A stretch of DNA of 64,000 nt from Candidatus Iainarchaeum sp. (lineage in GTDB: Archaea; Iainarchaeota; Iainarchaeia; Iainarchaeales; JAZDFD01), in assembly GCA_043808155.1 (NCBI GenBank), contig JAZDFD010000024.1:3265-67264 (forward strand), in the 5' to 3' direction. Shown one piece after another: positions 55,188 to 64,000 of the stretch. The position numbers and the translations under genes are program-made. The stretch's first letter is position 1; each line of letters opens with the position of its first letter. Under the pieces are notes generated by a model that ran no database searches, was not told where the DNA came from, and saw only the letters and a program-made list of their open reading frames with translations.

Positions 55188-55745
55188 ATGTTGGGGCCAA
55201 AAGGAAGGAAAGTTAATCTTAAAAAAACAACAAAATCAAAAACCAAAGCAACATATGTTGGCGAAAAAGAATATTTAGGTTATGATATGGAAGGTGAGGT
55301 TCGATCTCACGAATTCAAAATCGGAACAGGGCAGAAAAATAGAAGTGTATTTCTTGCAGTTAAAAAATATTACCCTAATTTTACATCGAAATATGTGAAA
55401 GAACGTCTTGAAATAATGCAAGAGCTTCATGCACTTAACAGAATGAGAAAAAAGATGGGTGAATCAACATTGAGACTTTTTTCTACTTTTCGGATTATTG
55501 AAAAAAAGGGTGAACCACACATGCTTGCATCAAGTATATTGAATGCGCAACCATATGACCTGACACGCGAGGAAAAAGGAGATTGGTTTAAAGATGCAAG
55601 TAAACAACTCAAAATTCTTCATGAAGAAGGATATATTGCAAACACAGAAGCGTTTCTCCCTTACAGAGACCCCAAAACAAAAAAAATAGTTGCTATAATT
55701 GGTGACTCAGGTGGAGTTAAAAGAAAGACCCCTACCAAAAAATAA
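55188..55745 (+). CDS. Hypothetical basic protein
   Basis: About 185-aa ORF with Lys-rich termini. No motif I can assign. Confidence 0.4.
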   Translation: MLGPKGRKVNLKKTTKSKTKATYVGEKEYLGYDMEGEVRSHEFKIGTGQKNRSVFLAVKKYYPNFTSKYVKERLEIMQELHALNRMRKKMGESTLRLFSTFRIIEKKGEPHMLASSILNAQPYDLTREEKGDWFKDASKQLKILHEEGYIANTEAFLPYRDPKTKKIVAIIGDSGGVKRKTPTKK

Positions 55746-55747
55746 AA

Positions 55748-56437
55748 TTACTTCATAGTGAAACTTTCCCCGGGTTTTAGAATTATGGGTTTTGTTTTAA
55801 GGATTGATTTTTCTATTTTTGCTTTGAATTCACGCGGGTCTGCTTTTATTGTTTTGAAAGTGTTGTAGTGCATTGGAACTGCATATTTTGGTTTCATTGT
55901 TTTAACAGCACGAACCGCATCAACAACATCCATTGTATTTGCACCACCGATTGGAAGTAAAGTGATGTCTGCATGGATTCCTGCAAACTGATCAATCAAA
56001 GAAGTATCACCTGCGTGATAAACTGACTGACCTTTGTGAGAAATTAAATAACCTAAAGGATAAAACGAACGGGGATGATGAGCATCCTTTGCAGTAATTT
56101 CAACATGGTCTAAAATAATTGTTTGATCCCGGCAAATTGAATGTAATTTATTTTTTGGGAGATTCAACTGATTTAGAATACTGTCATGAGCAACAATTTT
56201 AGTGTCATTTCCCAAAGCAAACTTTTCAATTGCTTTCTGATCAAAGTGGTCAAAGTGTTCGTGCGTTATTAAAATTGAGGAAATATTCTGAAATGTATTT
56301 GTGTTTGTAACACATGGAATCAGCCTTTCAAAAGTAAGATCATCAGTATTATGATTAATGTACGGGTCTATCAAAAGATTTATCCCAGGGAAAGAGACCC
56401 TGAAAAATGAATGACCTAAAAACTGAATCTTAACCAT
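55748..56437 (-). CDS. Metal-dependent hydrolase, MBL fold (UPF0173-like)
   Basis: MVKIQFLGHSFF start, ITHEHFDHF, HAGDT, PIGG. The internal Met at 56437 is preferred over the track start at 56491. Confidence 0.7.
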   Translation of the reverse strand: MVKIQFLGHSFFRVSFPGINLLIDPYINHNTDDLTFERLIPCVTNTNTFQNISSILITHEHFDHFDQKAIEKFALGNDTKIVAHDSILNQLNLPKNKLHSICRDQTIILDHVEITAKDAHHPRSFYPLGYLISHKGQSVYHAGDTSLIDQFAGIHADITLLPIGGANTMDVVDAVRAVKTMKPKYAVPMHYNTFKTIKADPREFKAKIEKSILKTKPIILKPGESFTMK

Positions 56438-56567
56438 ATGCTCACAAACTGCGTTACTATAAAATAAATAGGGGGCAGTGAATTTAAACACAACGCAGAA
56501 AACAACTTATTAACAGAAAGAAATAATAATCTAAAAGTGTTATAATAAATGAAAAATCGTGAGTGTA

Positions 56568-57365
56568 ATGAACAAAAATCTGTTTAGAATCGTGGTTTTA
56601 ATTGCGATTTCTGCGCTTTTAGTGAATAATGTCTGTGCACTTAGTTATTCAATTCTAAATCACACTATTGAAATTTCAGTTAATGACACAGGAAATGCAG
56701 ATGTTGTTGAGAGATTTAAGTTTTATTTTCCAAGTATGGCACAACGTGAAGAATTCAAACAAACAAGTCAAACCATAGGTCTTGATTTGGAAAAATGGGA
56801 AACGCTTGACCCTAAAATAACAACCTACATTGGGAAAGGCAGGTATACTATACAAAATATAAGCGTTGGTTTTGATGAAAGCTCGGAGTCACTTGAACTT
56901 AAATATTCTCTTCTTGAACCAATAATGGAAAAAATTGAAGAAACTTCAAGAGTTACGAAATATTCATTAAAAGCAAATGCATTTTCTGCTTCATTTGATG
57001 CAGGTGATTTGTGGAAAATTCCTGTTAATACAACAATAAGACTTATTCTTCCAACTAATACTGAATTAACAAAGACACCAAGTCCGGAAGCATCAATATT
57101 TGAAAATAAAATTGCATGGGAAGGATACAAAACTTCAAACAAACTTGAATTGGAATATGATCTCATAAAAGACATTGCACCCACTTTTGACATTGCAAAA
57201 GTTTTATTGAGTTTGACTTCCAGCAATTTGTTTATTCCTGTAATCGGAATTCTTGCACTTGTTGCAATTGTTATTTATGTGAAACGCAGTGAAATAAATT
57301 CAAAAATTGAAAATTATGTTATTAAACATTCAGAAATTGTCCCTGACGAAGAACATTTTGAATAA
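56568..57365 (+). CDS. Hypothetical exported protein with a C-terminal TM anchor
   Basis: N-terminal signal-like helix (IVVLIAISALLVNNVCA) and C-terminal helix (LFIPVIGILALVAIVIYV). Confidence 0.4.
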   Translation: MNKNLFRIVVLIAISALLVNNVCALSYSILNHTIEISVNDTGNADVVERFKFYFPSMAQREEFKQTSQTIGLDLEKWETLDPKITTYIGKGRYTIQNISVGFDESSESLELKYSLLEPIMEKIEETSRVTKYSLKANAFSASFDAGDLWKIPVNTTIRLILPTNTELTKTPSPEASIFENKIAWEGYKTSNKLELEYDLIKDIAPTFDIAKVLLSLTSSNLFIPVIGILALVAIVIYVKRSEINSKIENYVIKHSEIVPDEEHFE

Positions 57366-57387
57366 TCACGTTAATTCTGTTTTCTTG

Positions 57388-57882
57388 TTAGCTCTGCCGT
57401 CTTGTTAATTCTGAACCGCAAACATCACAAATTTCATTTTTCGTGTCAGGACTGAATTTTTTCCCGCAGGATCTGCATTTTACTGAAAAAGAAATTATTC
57501 TTGAGATTCCTTTTTGGGAAATTGAATTATATGGGATTTTCAGTAACTTCAGGAAATTTTGAATTGAGTAATCATCAGTTAATACTTTGAATTCCTTTTT
57601 TGAGTCATAGAATTCTGATGCAAGTGCAATAAGACTTAGGTCTTGTTTGCTCATTTTATTAAATCCGTGCTTTGAAACATTTTCTGAAATTTTTTTGATT
57701 GTTTCTTCAGAAGGATCCTGGATTTTTAATATGCCCTGCGCAAGTGCATTTTCTGCAATATATTTTATTGACATTTCTTTCAATTCTGAAAAAATCAGAG
57801 AGGTTGTAATATATTTATTTTCAGCTCTGAATTCAAAATTTGGGCTATTTATAAGTGCCGAAGCATCTAGTAAATAAAGCAT
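57388..57882 (-). CDS. nob1: Nob1-like PIN-domain endonuclease with a zinc ribbon
   Basis: MLYLLDASALIN PIN start and C-terminal CRSCGKKF....CDVCGS. Confidence 0.6.
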   Translation of the reverse strand: MLYLLDASALINSPNFEFRAENKYITTSLIFSELKEMSIKYIAENALAQGILKIQDPSEETIKKISENVSKHGFNKMSKQDLSLIALASEFYDSKKEFKVLTDDYSIQNFLKLLKIPYNSISQKGISRIISFSVKCRSCGKKFSPDTKNEICDVCGSELTRRQS

Positions 57883-57969
57883 AATTCAATTATACTTAAT
57901 AGTCTTTTATAAATAACCCTCTTATATATAGAAATAGAGTTATAGAAAATAGAGGCAAAAAGTGAGAAA

Positions 57970-59454
57970 ATGAATACCGAAGATGTTGCAGCTTCACTGA
58001 GTGGAATTGAGGTTTCAGTACTCAAAGTGCTCAAAGACGGAACCGAGAGAAATGAACATCAAATTGCAGAAGACGGTAAAATAAATCTGGATTCTGTCAG
58101 ACGTGCAACTGCATGGCTTGGTGAAAAAAAACTTCTTGATGTAAGTGAAATGAAAGAAGTGATTTTTAATTTGAGTGACGAAGGTAAAAAAGTTGTTGAC
58201 TCTGGTTTGCCGGAACAGAGAATGCTAAAAGTGCTTTCTGGAAAAGGGAAACTGAATTTTAAAGAAGCACTTAAGAAAAGCAACCTAGATGGCAGGGAAT
58301 TTAATGTTGCACTTGGTTTGAACAAAAAAAATGCATTTATTATTGTTTCAAAATCAGGAAATGAAACATTTATTGAACTTACAGAAGTTGCAAAGGAATT
58401 TATGCAGAACGGAACAGACTCTGAAAAATTTCTGAGAGAAATTAAATCGGAAAGTAAAACAAAATCTGCGCTTTCTGAAAAAGAAACAGAAGTTGCAGCT
58501 GAACTTTTGAAAAGAGGACTTGTTATTGAAAAAACACAGACAGAACGAACTGCAAAAATAAATTCAAATGGAAAAGACGCATTAGATTTTGCTTCAAAAA
58601 ACAAATCCCGCAGTTTCAATATTGAAGGGAAAGTTCCTGTTTTTAATATTGGCAAGAAACATCCCTATATTCAATTCTTGCTTCAGATAAGAAGAAAATT
58701 AACAGAACTTGGATTTAAGGAAATGAGCGTACCATTAGTGGTTACAGAATTTTATAATTTTGATGTTCTTTTCCAGCCTCAAAATCATCCTGCAAGAACC
58801 TGGAGTGACACTTATCAACTGAAATATCCTAAAACAGGAAAACTTCCAGATAAAAAAATTGTTAATGCAATAAAACAGGCACATGAAACCGGAGGCAGAA
58901 CAGGGAGCAAGGGGTGGGGTTATGACTGGAGTGAAAGTGTTGCATCCAGATTAATGCCTAACGCACACGGTACTTCCGGAAGTGCAAGACAAATTGTTGA
59001 GGGCGTTGAAATTCCCGGAAAGTATTTTGCAATTTCCAGATGTTACAGACCAGATGTTGTTGATGCAACTCACTTAAATGAATTCAACCAGATGGAAGGG
59101 TTTATTGTTGATGAAAGTTTTACTTTCAAAAATCTTCTCGGAATGCTGAAGCAGTTTGCAATAGAAATTGCAGGCGCAGAAAAAGTGAAATTCTATCCTG
59201 ATTATTATCCATTTACTGAACCCTCAGTACAGCTGAGTGCAAAGCATCCTGATTTGGGATGGATTGAATTTGGTGGTGCGGGAATTTTCAGACCTGAAAT
59301 GACAGAAAATCTCGGAGTTAAAGCCCCCATACTTGCATGGGGTTTGGGGATTGACAGATTAGCAATGTTCAAACTTGGAATTAATGATATCAGATATTTA
59401 TTCAGTCAGGATTTGGAATGGCTGAGAAGAAGCAAAGTAGTGAGAGTAGAGTGA
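57970..59454 (+). CDS. pheS: Phenylalanyl-tRNA synthetase alpha subunit
   Basis: FQPQNHPAR (motif 1/2 region), RCYRPD, GFGIDRLAM-like GLGIDRLAM (motif 3). Confidence 0.9.
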   Translation: MNTEDVAASLSGIEVSVLKVLKDGTERNEHQIAEDGKINLDSVRRATAWLGEKKLLDVSEMKEVIFNLSDEGKKVVDSGLPEQRMLKVLSGKGKLNFKEALKKSNLDGREFNVALGLNKKNAFIIVSKSGNETFIELTEVAKEFMQNGTDSEKFLREIKSESKTKSALSEKETEVAAELLKRGLVIEKTQTERTAKINSNGKDALDFASKNKSRSFNIEGKVPVFNIGKKHPYIQFLLQIRRKLTELGFKEMSVPLVVTEFYNFDVLFQPQNHPARTWSDTYQLKYPKTGKLPDKKIVNAIKQAHETGGRTGSKGWGYDWSESVASRLMPNAHGTSGSARQIVEGVEIPGKYFAISRCYRPDVVDATHLNEFNQMEGFIVDESFTFKNLLGMLKQFAIEIAGAEKVKFYPDYYPFTEPSVQLSAKHPDLGWIEFGGAGIFRPEMTENLGVKAPILAWGLGIDRLAMFKLGINDIRYLFSQDLEWLRRSKVVRVE

Positions 59455-59464
59455 GGAATTAGAT

Positions 59465-61108
59465 ATGCCCACGGTAGAAACATCAAAAAAAGATTTGGAA
59501 AAATTGTGCGGAATGAAATTTACAAAAGAGAAATTAGAGACTGCACTACTTTTTGCAAAAGGTGAATTAGATGGGATTGACGGAGATACTCTGAAAATTG
59601 ACATTAAAGATGCAAACAGACCTGACCTCTGGAGTATTGAGGGAATTGCTCGTGTGATAAAAGCAGGTTATGGTAAAAGTAAGGGAGTTCCGAAATGGAA
59701 AATGAAAAATTCAGGTGTTGATGTTTTTATTGAAAAAAGTGTTTCGAAATCACGTCCCTATATTACATGCGCAATTGTGAAAAATGTCAGAGTTACTGAA
59801 GACCTTTTGATTCAGATGATTCAGCTTCAGGAAAAAGTCGGCGATAGTTATGGCCGGAAGAGAGCGGAAGTCGGAATCGGGTTATATGATTTTGATAAAT
59901 TAAAACCTCCGATTTATTACAGAGGTTATAAACCAAAAGATCTTGAATTTGTTCCTTTGGAATTTAAAGTTCCAATGCGACTTGATGAAATTTTAATGAA
60001 ACATCCAAAAGGAATCAAATACGCGCATTTGCTGAAGGGCAAGGAAAATTATCCTATTGTGATTGATTCTGCAAATGTCGTTGCTTCAATGCCACCTATA
60101 ATTAATTCAGAAACAACTGGGAAAGTTGATGACAAAACTAAAAATATTTTTATTGAATGCACTGGTTTTGACTGGGAAAGGGTAAATGTTGCACTGAATG
60201 TAATTATTTCTGCATTTTTAGAACGCGGGGCACAAGTAGAAACAACAAAAATTCATTTACCAAATGGTAAAGTTAAAGTTACACCTGATTTCACACCGGG
60301 AAAAATTAAAATTGATTTGAAATATGTGAATAAAATTTCAGGTTTGGGTTTGAAGATAAATGAGGTTGTGAAACTTTTGCAGAATTCAAATTATGATGTT
60401 AAGGCAAAAGGCAATTCATTAGACGTGTCTTATCCTGCATATCGTCAGGATATTTTACATCCAGTTGATGTTGTTGAAGATATTATTATTGCATATGGCT
60501 ACAATGAAATTGAGCCTGAACTTGTGAAAGTCTCAACAAAGGGAAATGAAAGCGCCGAAGCAATTGAAATTGATTTAGTAAGAAATGTTTGTGTTGGACT
60601 GGGTTTGCAGGAAGTTCTGACTTTTACATTAGTTTCTAAAGAAGCTCAGGAAACTAAAATGAATCTTAAGGATGTTAAATTTGTTGAAATTGAAAACCCA
60701 GTATCTGAAAACTGGTGTGTATTTAGAAAAAGTATAATTCCCGAGATTTTGAGTTTCCTTGCAACTAACAAACATTCGGCATATCCCCAGAGATTGTTTG
60801 AGATTGGAAAAACTGTTCACATTGACAGCAAATCTGAAACATGTGTTACGGAGAAGAATCTTCTTACGATTGTTATTACAGACAATAAAACTAATTTCAC
60901 AGAAATTAAATCAATTATGGAAACAATTGCCCAGAACTTTGGCTGGAATTATTCAGTTGAAAGAAAAGAACACCCAAGTTTTGAGAAAGGGAAATGTGCA
61001 GCAATTAAAATTGGAAAGCACAAAGGAGTTCTCGGTGAAATTTCAAAGGATGTTCTGAAGAATTTCAATTTAAGTATACCGGTTTCAGTTTTAGAAATTG
61101 AACTTTAA
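59465..61108 (+). CDS. pheT: Phenylalanyl-tRNA synthetase beta subunit
   Basis: 547 aa. MPTVETSKKDLEKL start, B3/4 and B5 domain pattern. Adjacent to pheS. Confidence 0.9.
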   Translation: MPTVETSKKDLEKLCGMKFTKEKLETALLFAKGELDGIDGDTLKIDIKDANRPDLWSIEGIARVIKAGYGKSKGVPKWKMKNSGVDVFIEKSVSKSRPYITCAIVKNVRVTEDLLIQMIQLQEKVGDSYGRKRAEVGIGLYDFDKLKPPIYYRGYKPKDLEFVPLEFKVPMRLDEILMKHPKGIKYAHLLKGKENYPIVIDSANVVASMPPIINSETTGKVDDKTKNIFIECTGFDWERVNVALNVIISAFLERGAQVETTKIHLPNGKVKVTPDFTPGKIKIDLKYVNKISGLGLKINEVVKLLQNSNYDVKAKGNSLDVSYPAYRQDILHPVDVVEDIIIAYGYNEIEPELVKVSTKGNESAEAIEIDLVRNVCVGLGLQEVLTFTLVSKEAQETKMNLKDVKFVEIENPVSENWCVFRKSIIPEILSFLATNKHSAYPQRLFEIGKTVHIDSKSETCVTEKNLLTIVITDNKTNFTEIKSIMETIAQNFGWNYSVERKEHPSFEKGKCAAIKIGKHKGVLGEISKDVLKNFNLSIPVSVLEIEL

Positions 61109-61458
61109 ACGTTTTTTGGAGCATCAGTTAGAAGTTTTCTAATTATATCGTAATCTTCCTGTTGTCCTGCACTTAATGGCTGATTTTCATTTTTTATTCT
61201 TTCAAGACTTTCAAATGTACTCTCAAGCTGCATTCTCAAAAGTCTGAATTCTATTTGGGATTTTGAATCCTTTAAACCACCATTGAAATGTATTTTGGTT
61301 AGTCTTCTAAAATCATTGTAAATCGGAAGATTTTTTTTGTCATTTAGGCGTTGCTCTGGTTTCGTAGGCGATCGTTCGATTCTTTTTTTAAAAGACATAA
61401 GTAATATTTTGGGATATATGTTATTAAAACAATTTAGTCTGCTTTTCATCTGTTTCAA
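61105..61458 (-). CDS. Small hypothetical protein (basic N-terminus, helical C-terminus)
   Basis: 117-aa ORF; the start is possibly the Met at 61398 (MSFKKRIERS). By eye it resembles the neighbouring ORF 61580..61936. Confidence 0.35.
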   Translation of the reverse strand: MKQMKSRLNCFNNIYPKILLMSFKKRIERSPTKPEQRLNDKKNLPIYNDFRRLTKIHFNGGLKDSKSQIEFRLLRMQLESTFESLERIKNENQPLSAGQQEDYDIIRKLLTDAPKNV

Positions 61459-61579
61459 TTGGTTCTGGTATTTCAGGGAGTTGATGAAAAAGTGTTGGAA
61501 AACTTTGGGTGATAAATCCCTGTAACTATTTTAGAAATAGAACTTTAAATTGAAATTCTGAAAATAAGGAAATTTACTT

Positions 61580-61936
61580 TTACCCAAGAAGTTCTCTTAG
61601 TTTACCTAAAAATGTGATTTCGGGAGGTGTCAATTGACGTTCTTGTTTAGCTTTTTCCAGTCGTATGCGCTCTTGGTTGAGGCTGTCTTCAAGTATTCTT
61701 ATTTCCGCTCTTTGGGCGATTGATAAATGCATTCCACGATTTAGAAGACTTTCCAATTTTTGTATATCTGATTTTTTCTGTTGCATAGCCTCTCGCATTT
61801 CGTCTGATTTTAGCCCTTCTGTTCCTCCTTCTAAATGTTTCCCTTCTGGAGGTCTGGCACTCTTTCTGACCGTCTTGTTCCGGCTGCTTTTTCTCGGCGG
61901 TTTTTTAGGTGGTTTCATTGGTCTACGTCCTGGCAT
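61580..61936 (-). CDS. Small hypothetical Pro/Lys/Arg-rich protein with a coiled-coil C-terminus
   Basis: 118 aa: MPGRRPMKPPKKPPRKSSRNK..., then a heptad-like helical region. Confidence 0.4.
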   Translation of the reverse strand: MPGRRPMKPPKKPPRKSSRNKTVRKSARPPEGKHLEGGTEGLKSDEMREAMQQKKSDIQKLESLLNRGMHLSIAQRAEIRILEDSLNQERIRLEKAKQERQLTPPEITFLGKLRELLG

Positions 61937-62008
61937 AATATCACTAGTATAATAATGGTTAATGAGTTATTAAAAACTTTCGTTAGCTGACTAATAAGTT
62001 AAAGAGCA

Positions 62009-63469
62009 TTAAAACAGCTTGGTCTGTTTGTGTGCTTCCTCTTCAATTTCATTTTCTTCAGCTTCAGTTTCCGCAGTTTCAGTTTCTTCTGGTTCAAAAT
62101 TTTGCAATGACCTCTCCGAAACTGCTGCAGGGGATTTTCCTTTTGCTAATTGTTTTTCAGAGATTCCGGACAGTGCTTTCCTGCGCTTTGTGAAATTCTT
62201 CAGTCTGATTTCTTCTGCTTCTTCAAGTATTTTCTTGACTTTTTTTGTTGTTGGTTTTGTGTTCATTAGAAATGCCAATTCTTTTTCATTTAATTCAAAT
62301 TGTGCAGTGTATTGTGCAGCCAATTCTTTGTTTTCAAAAAACATCTGCAAGTAAGGTAAATCATAAGCCATAACTTCGCGGGAAGAGGTATGGATTTTCT
62401 TTCCGATTTTTGTGCCTAATTCTTTTTTCATTGCGCGCAAAGCACGTGAACCAGAAAGTTGTCTCAGTAAAGTTGGGAACGTATACATAACAAAATCATA
62501 GTATTCATTTTCTTTTGCGAATGCAACTCCGGAACTCATTAAATCAGAAGAATATCTTTTGTAGCCCCAGTACTGACGTTTGTAAATTCTGCCATTAAAA
62601 ATATCTGCTCTTGAAAGTGCTGCAAAAGCTCTTGCGGCATCTTCATTATTAGTGTACTGCCGCGGAATGTTTTCTTCAACCCATGCAGATAATAAATCTC
62701 CTGAAACAGAACTCTGGAATGTGTTTTGTCTTATTTCTTTGAGATCTTTTCCTTTGAAAATTGATTTCATTATTTTGAAAATATTTTCCTTGCGTTCTCT
62801 GTAACCTAAACTTTGCACATCCGCCATTGTGATTTCCTTTTGGTTCATTGAAAGAGTTTGTAAATCCAAAAGAGCAGCTCTGAAATCCCCGCCTGTGTTT
62901 TTTGCGAATTCTTTAATTGCTTCAGGATCATAAGTCATCAGTTCAGTATCTAAAATTTCACGCAATCTTTTTGCAATTGAAAGATAATTTATTTTTTTAA
63001 ACTCCAGTGGTTCTGCATATGTTCTCATTGGCGCAAGTTTCTGATCTGCATAAATTTCATTTGCAGTAAGAATTATCGGATTTTTAGATTCTTTTAAAAT
63101 TGTGATAATTGAACCTGCACCGCCTCTGTCTTGTGACTGCAAACCATCAACTTCATCCAGAAGAATTAATCTTTTTTTTCCGGAGAATGTTGCACCCTGA
63201 GATGCTGCACCTGCAACTTTATCGATTATGTCTTTTGTGCGGAAATCTGAAGCATTCATTTCAAAAAGTTCCCAGTCATAAAGTTTTGCAGTGAGAATTG
63301 CCAAACATGTTTTTCCCACACCTGGCGAGCCGTGTAAAAGCAATGGTTTCTGTGGTTGCCCTGAGGCCCATGCATCAGCCCATGCTTGCACTCTTCTGGA
63401 AATTTCATCATTTCCGATAAATTCAGATAAATCCTTTGGAGAATATTTCTCAGTCCATATTTCACTCAT
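62009..63469 (-). CDS. rfcL: Replication factor C large subunit
   Basis: IWTEKYSPK, HGSPGVGKT (Walker A), LLDEVDG (Walker B), acidic C-terminal tail. The Met at 63469 is preferred (MSEIWTEKY). Confidence 0.8.
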   Translation of the reverse strand: MSEIWTEKYSPKDLSEFIGNDEISRRVQAWADAWASGQPQKPLLLHGSPGVGKTCLAILTAKLYDWELFEMNASDFRTKDIIDKVAGAASQGATFSGKKRLILLDEVDGLQSQDRGGAGSIITILKESKNPIILTANEIYADQKLAPMRTYAEPLEFKKINYLSIAKRLREILDTELMTYDPEAIKEFAKNTGGDFRAALLDLQTLSMNQKEITMADVQSLGYRERKENIFKIMKSIFKGKDLKEIRQNTFQSSVSGDLLSAWVEENIPRQYTNNEDAARAFAALSRADIFNGRIYKRQYWGYKRYSSDLMSSGVAFAKENEYYDFVMYTFPTLLRQLSGSRALRAMKKELGTKIGKKIHTSSREVMAYDLPYLQMFFENKELAAQYTAQFELNEKELAFLMNTKPTTKKVKKILEEAEEIRLKNFTKRRKALSGISEKQLAKGKSPAAVSERSLQNFEPEETETAETEAEENEIEEEAHKQTKLF

Positions 63470-63538
63470 AAGTATATTTTTAAGCATAAAACAATTAAAT
63501 GTAGTTAGGGTTTGGAAAACAAAGGTGATTAGGTGGCG

Positions 63539-63916
63539 ATGGGGGAATTTCTTGCAAAATTAGATCCAAAAATTGTGGATGGTAATTATTGGATTTGCAC
63601 AATTAAAACTCATTCAGAGGTGCCTGAAAATGCAATTGCAACTTTTAAGGAAGAAAAAGGAATTAGTATTATTCTTAAGCAAGAAACAAAACCTGAATTT
63701 GAATGTACTGAAGCAAAAGCAATGATTTCAGTTGGAATTGAGACTCCTCAGGGAGCCGAAGCATTTCTTTCAAAAATAATGAGTGCAATTGCAGAGGCAG
63801 ATGATTTGTGCACATATGTTTATTCTGCCTATTATCAAGATCATTTATTTGTTCCAAAAGAAAAAGCAGAAGAAGTTATTGAAGTTTTAAATAAATTGAA
63901 AAGCAGGTATCACTAA
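63539..63916 (+). CDS. ACT-domain-like small protein
   Basis: About 125 aa. WICTIK...FKEEKGISIIL...YYQDHLFVPKEKAEEVIEVL resembles ACT_7/CASTOR-type regulatory domains. An AGGTG Shine-Dalgarno precedes the ATG at 63539. Confidence 0.4.
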   Translation: MGEFLAKLDPKIVDGNYWICTIKTHSEVPENAIATFKEEKGISIILKQETKPEFECTEAKAMISVGIETPQGAEAFLSKIMSAIAEADDLCTYVYSAYYQDHLFVPKEKAEEVIEVLNKLKSRYH

Positions 63917-64000
63917 AGATTAAAAGCGTGGGGCTATGAAGCAAGACATGAAAAAATTGTAATAAACAAAACTATAAATCCTGAAATGCTTATTAAATTC

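Noticed and set aside
55188-55745. Weak resemblance of ILHEEGYIANTE...IIGDSGG to a protein-kinase catalytic loop/DFG region
   Set aside because: The catalytic Asp and Asn are not in canonical positions and no P-loop or VAIK-like Lys is visible. The resemblance is too weak to report, so the ORF stays hypothetical.
58059-58655. 198-aa ORF antisense to pheS
   Set aside because: It overlaps a confidently identified PheRS alpha gene. Its composition is low-complexity (S/F/L-rich), so it is a chance open frame.
61482-61561. Possible C/D-box sRNA (TGATGA at 61482, GTGATAA, CTGA at 61558) between the two small ORFs
   Set aside because: No D' box lies at the expected distance. The C'-to-D spacing is about 40 nt against the expected ~12 nt, and there is no terminal stem. 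It is most likely chance motifs in AT-rich DNA.
1-64000. CRISPR arrays, rRNA genes, IS/transposase genes and prophage or defence islands
   Set aside because: Reading through the few intergenic regions and all ORF translations, I saw no direct-repeat/spacer array, no rRNA-like GC-rich stretch, and no transposase, integrase or Cas-like protein. The only mobile elements are inteins and homing endonuclease genes. I did not run an exhaustive computational repeat search.

Overview
AT-rich, very gene-dense archaeal chromosomal segment with almost no non-coding DNA. The gene content and compact organisation would fit a small-genome, DPANN-like archaeon, but lineage cannot be proven from sequence alone. 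Most genes are information-processing housekeeping: MetRS (partial), MCM, aIF2-beta/DUF424/aIF1A/Rio1/KH, Topo VI B+A, a 4-subunit 2-oxoacid:ferredoxin oxidoreductase, CutA, ADP-forming acetyl-CoA synthetase alpha, Mre11, tRNA-Cys, uL16, aRF1, TruD and Dph2. Further along are UMP kinase, an S-layer/glycosylation cluster, EndoQ, aIF2-alpha/eS27, a GINS-PriS-PriL-PCNA-PCNA replication island, signal peptidase, Rpo11, Csl4, LonB, RNase Z, Nob1, PheRS alpha/beta and RFC large subunit. The stand-out theme is selfish protein-splicing elements: two inteins in MCM, one in Topo VI A, and a LonB gene that is physically fractured at an intein. In LonB, an N-extein+IntN ORF and an IntC+C-extein ORF are about 2.1 kb apart, and a free-standing LAGLIDADG gene plus unrelated ORFs lie between them. 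This looks like a naturally split, trans-splicing intein in a 'fractured gene' arrangement. A second free-standing LAGLIDADG gene with four tandem HTH repeats sits between metG and mcm. Smaller oddities are a ThiI-like protein with a degenerate PP-loop coupled to a Rad50-less Mre11, a structured leader before tRNA-Cys, a Lys-rich repeat tail on uL16, a Ser-rich N-extension on PyrH, two divergent tandem PCNA genes, and small basic paralogous ORFs next to RFC-L. I saw no CRISPR array, rRNA or classical transposon. All calls come from reading the supplied translations and sequence; no database search was run.
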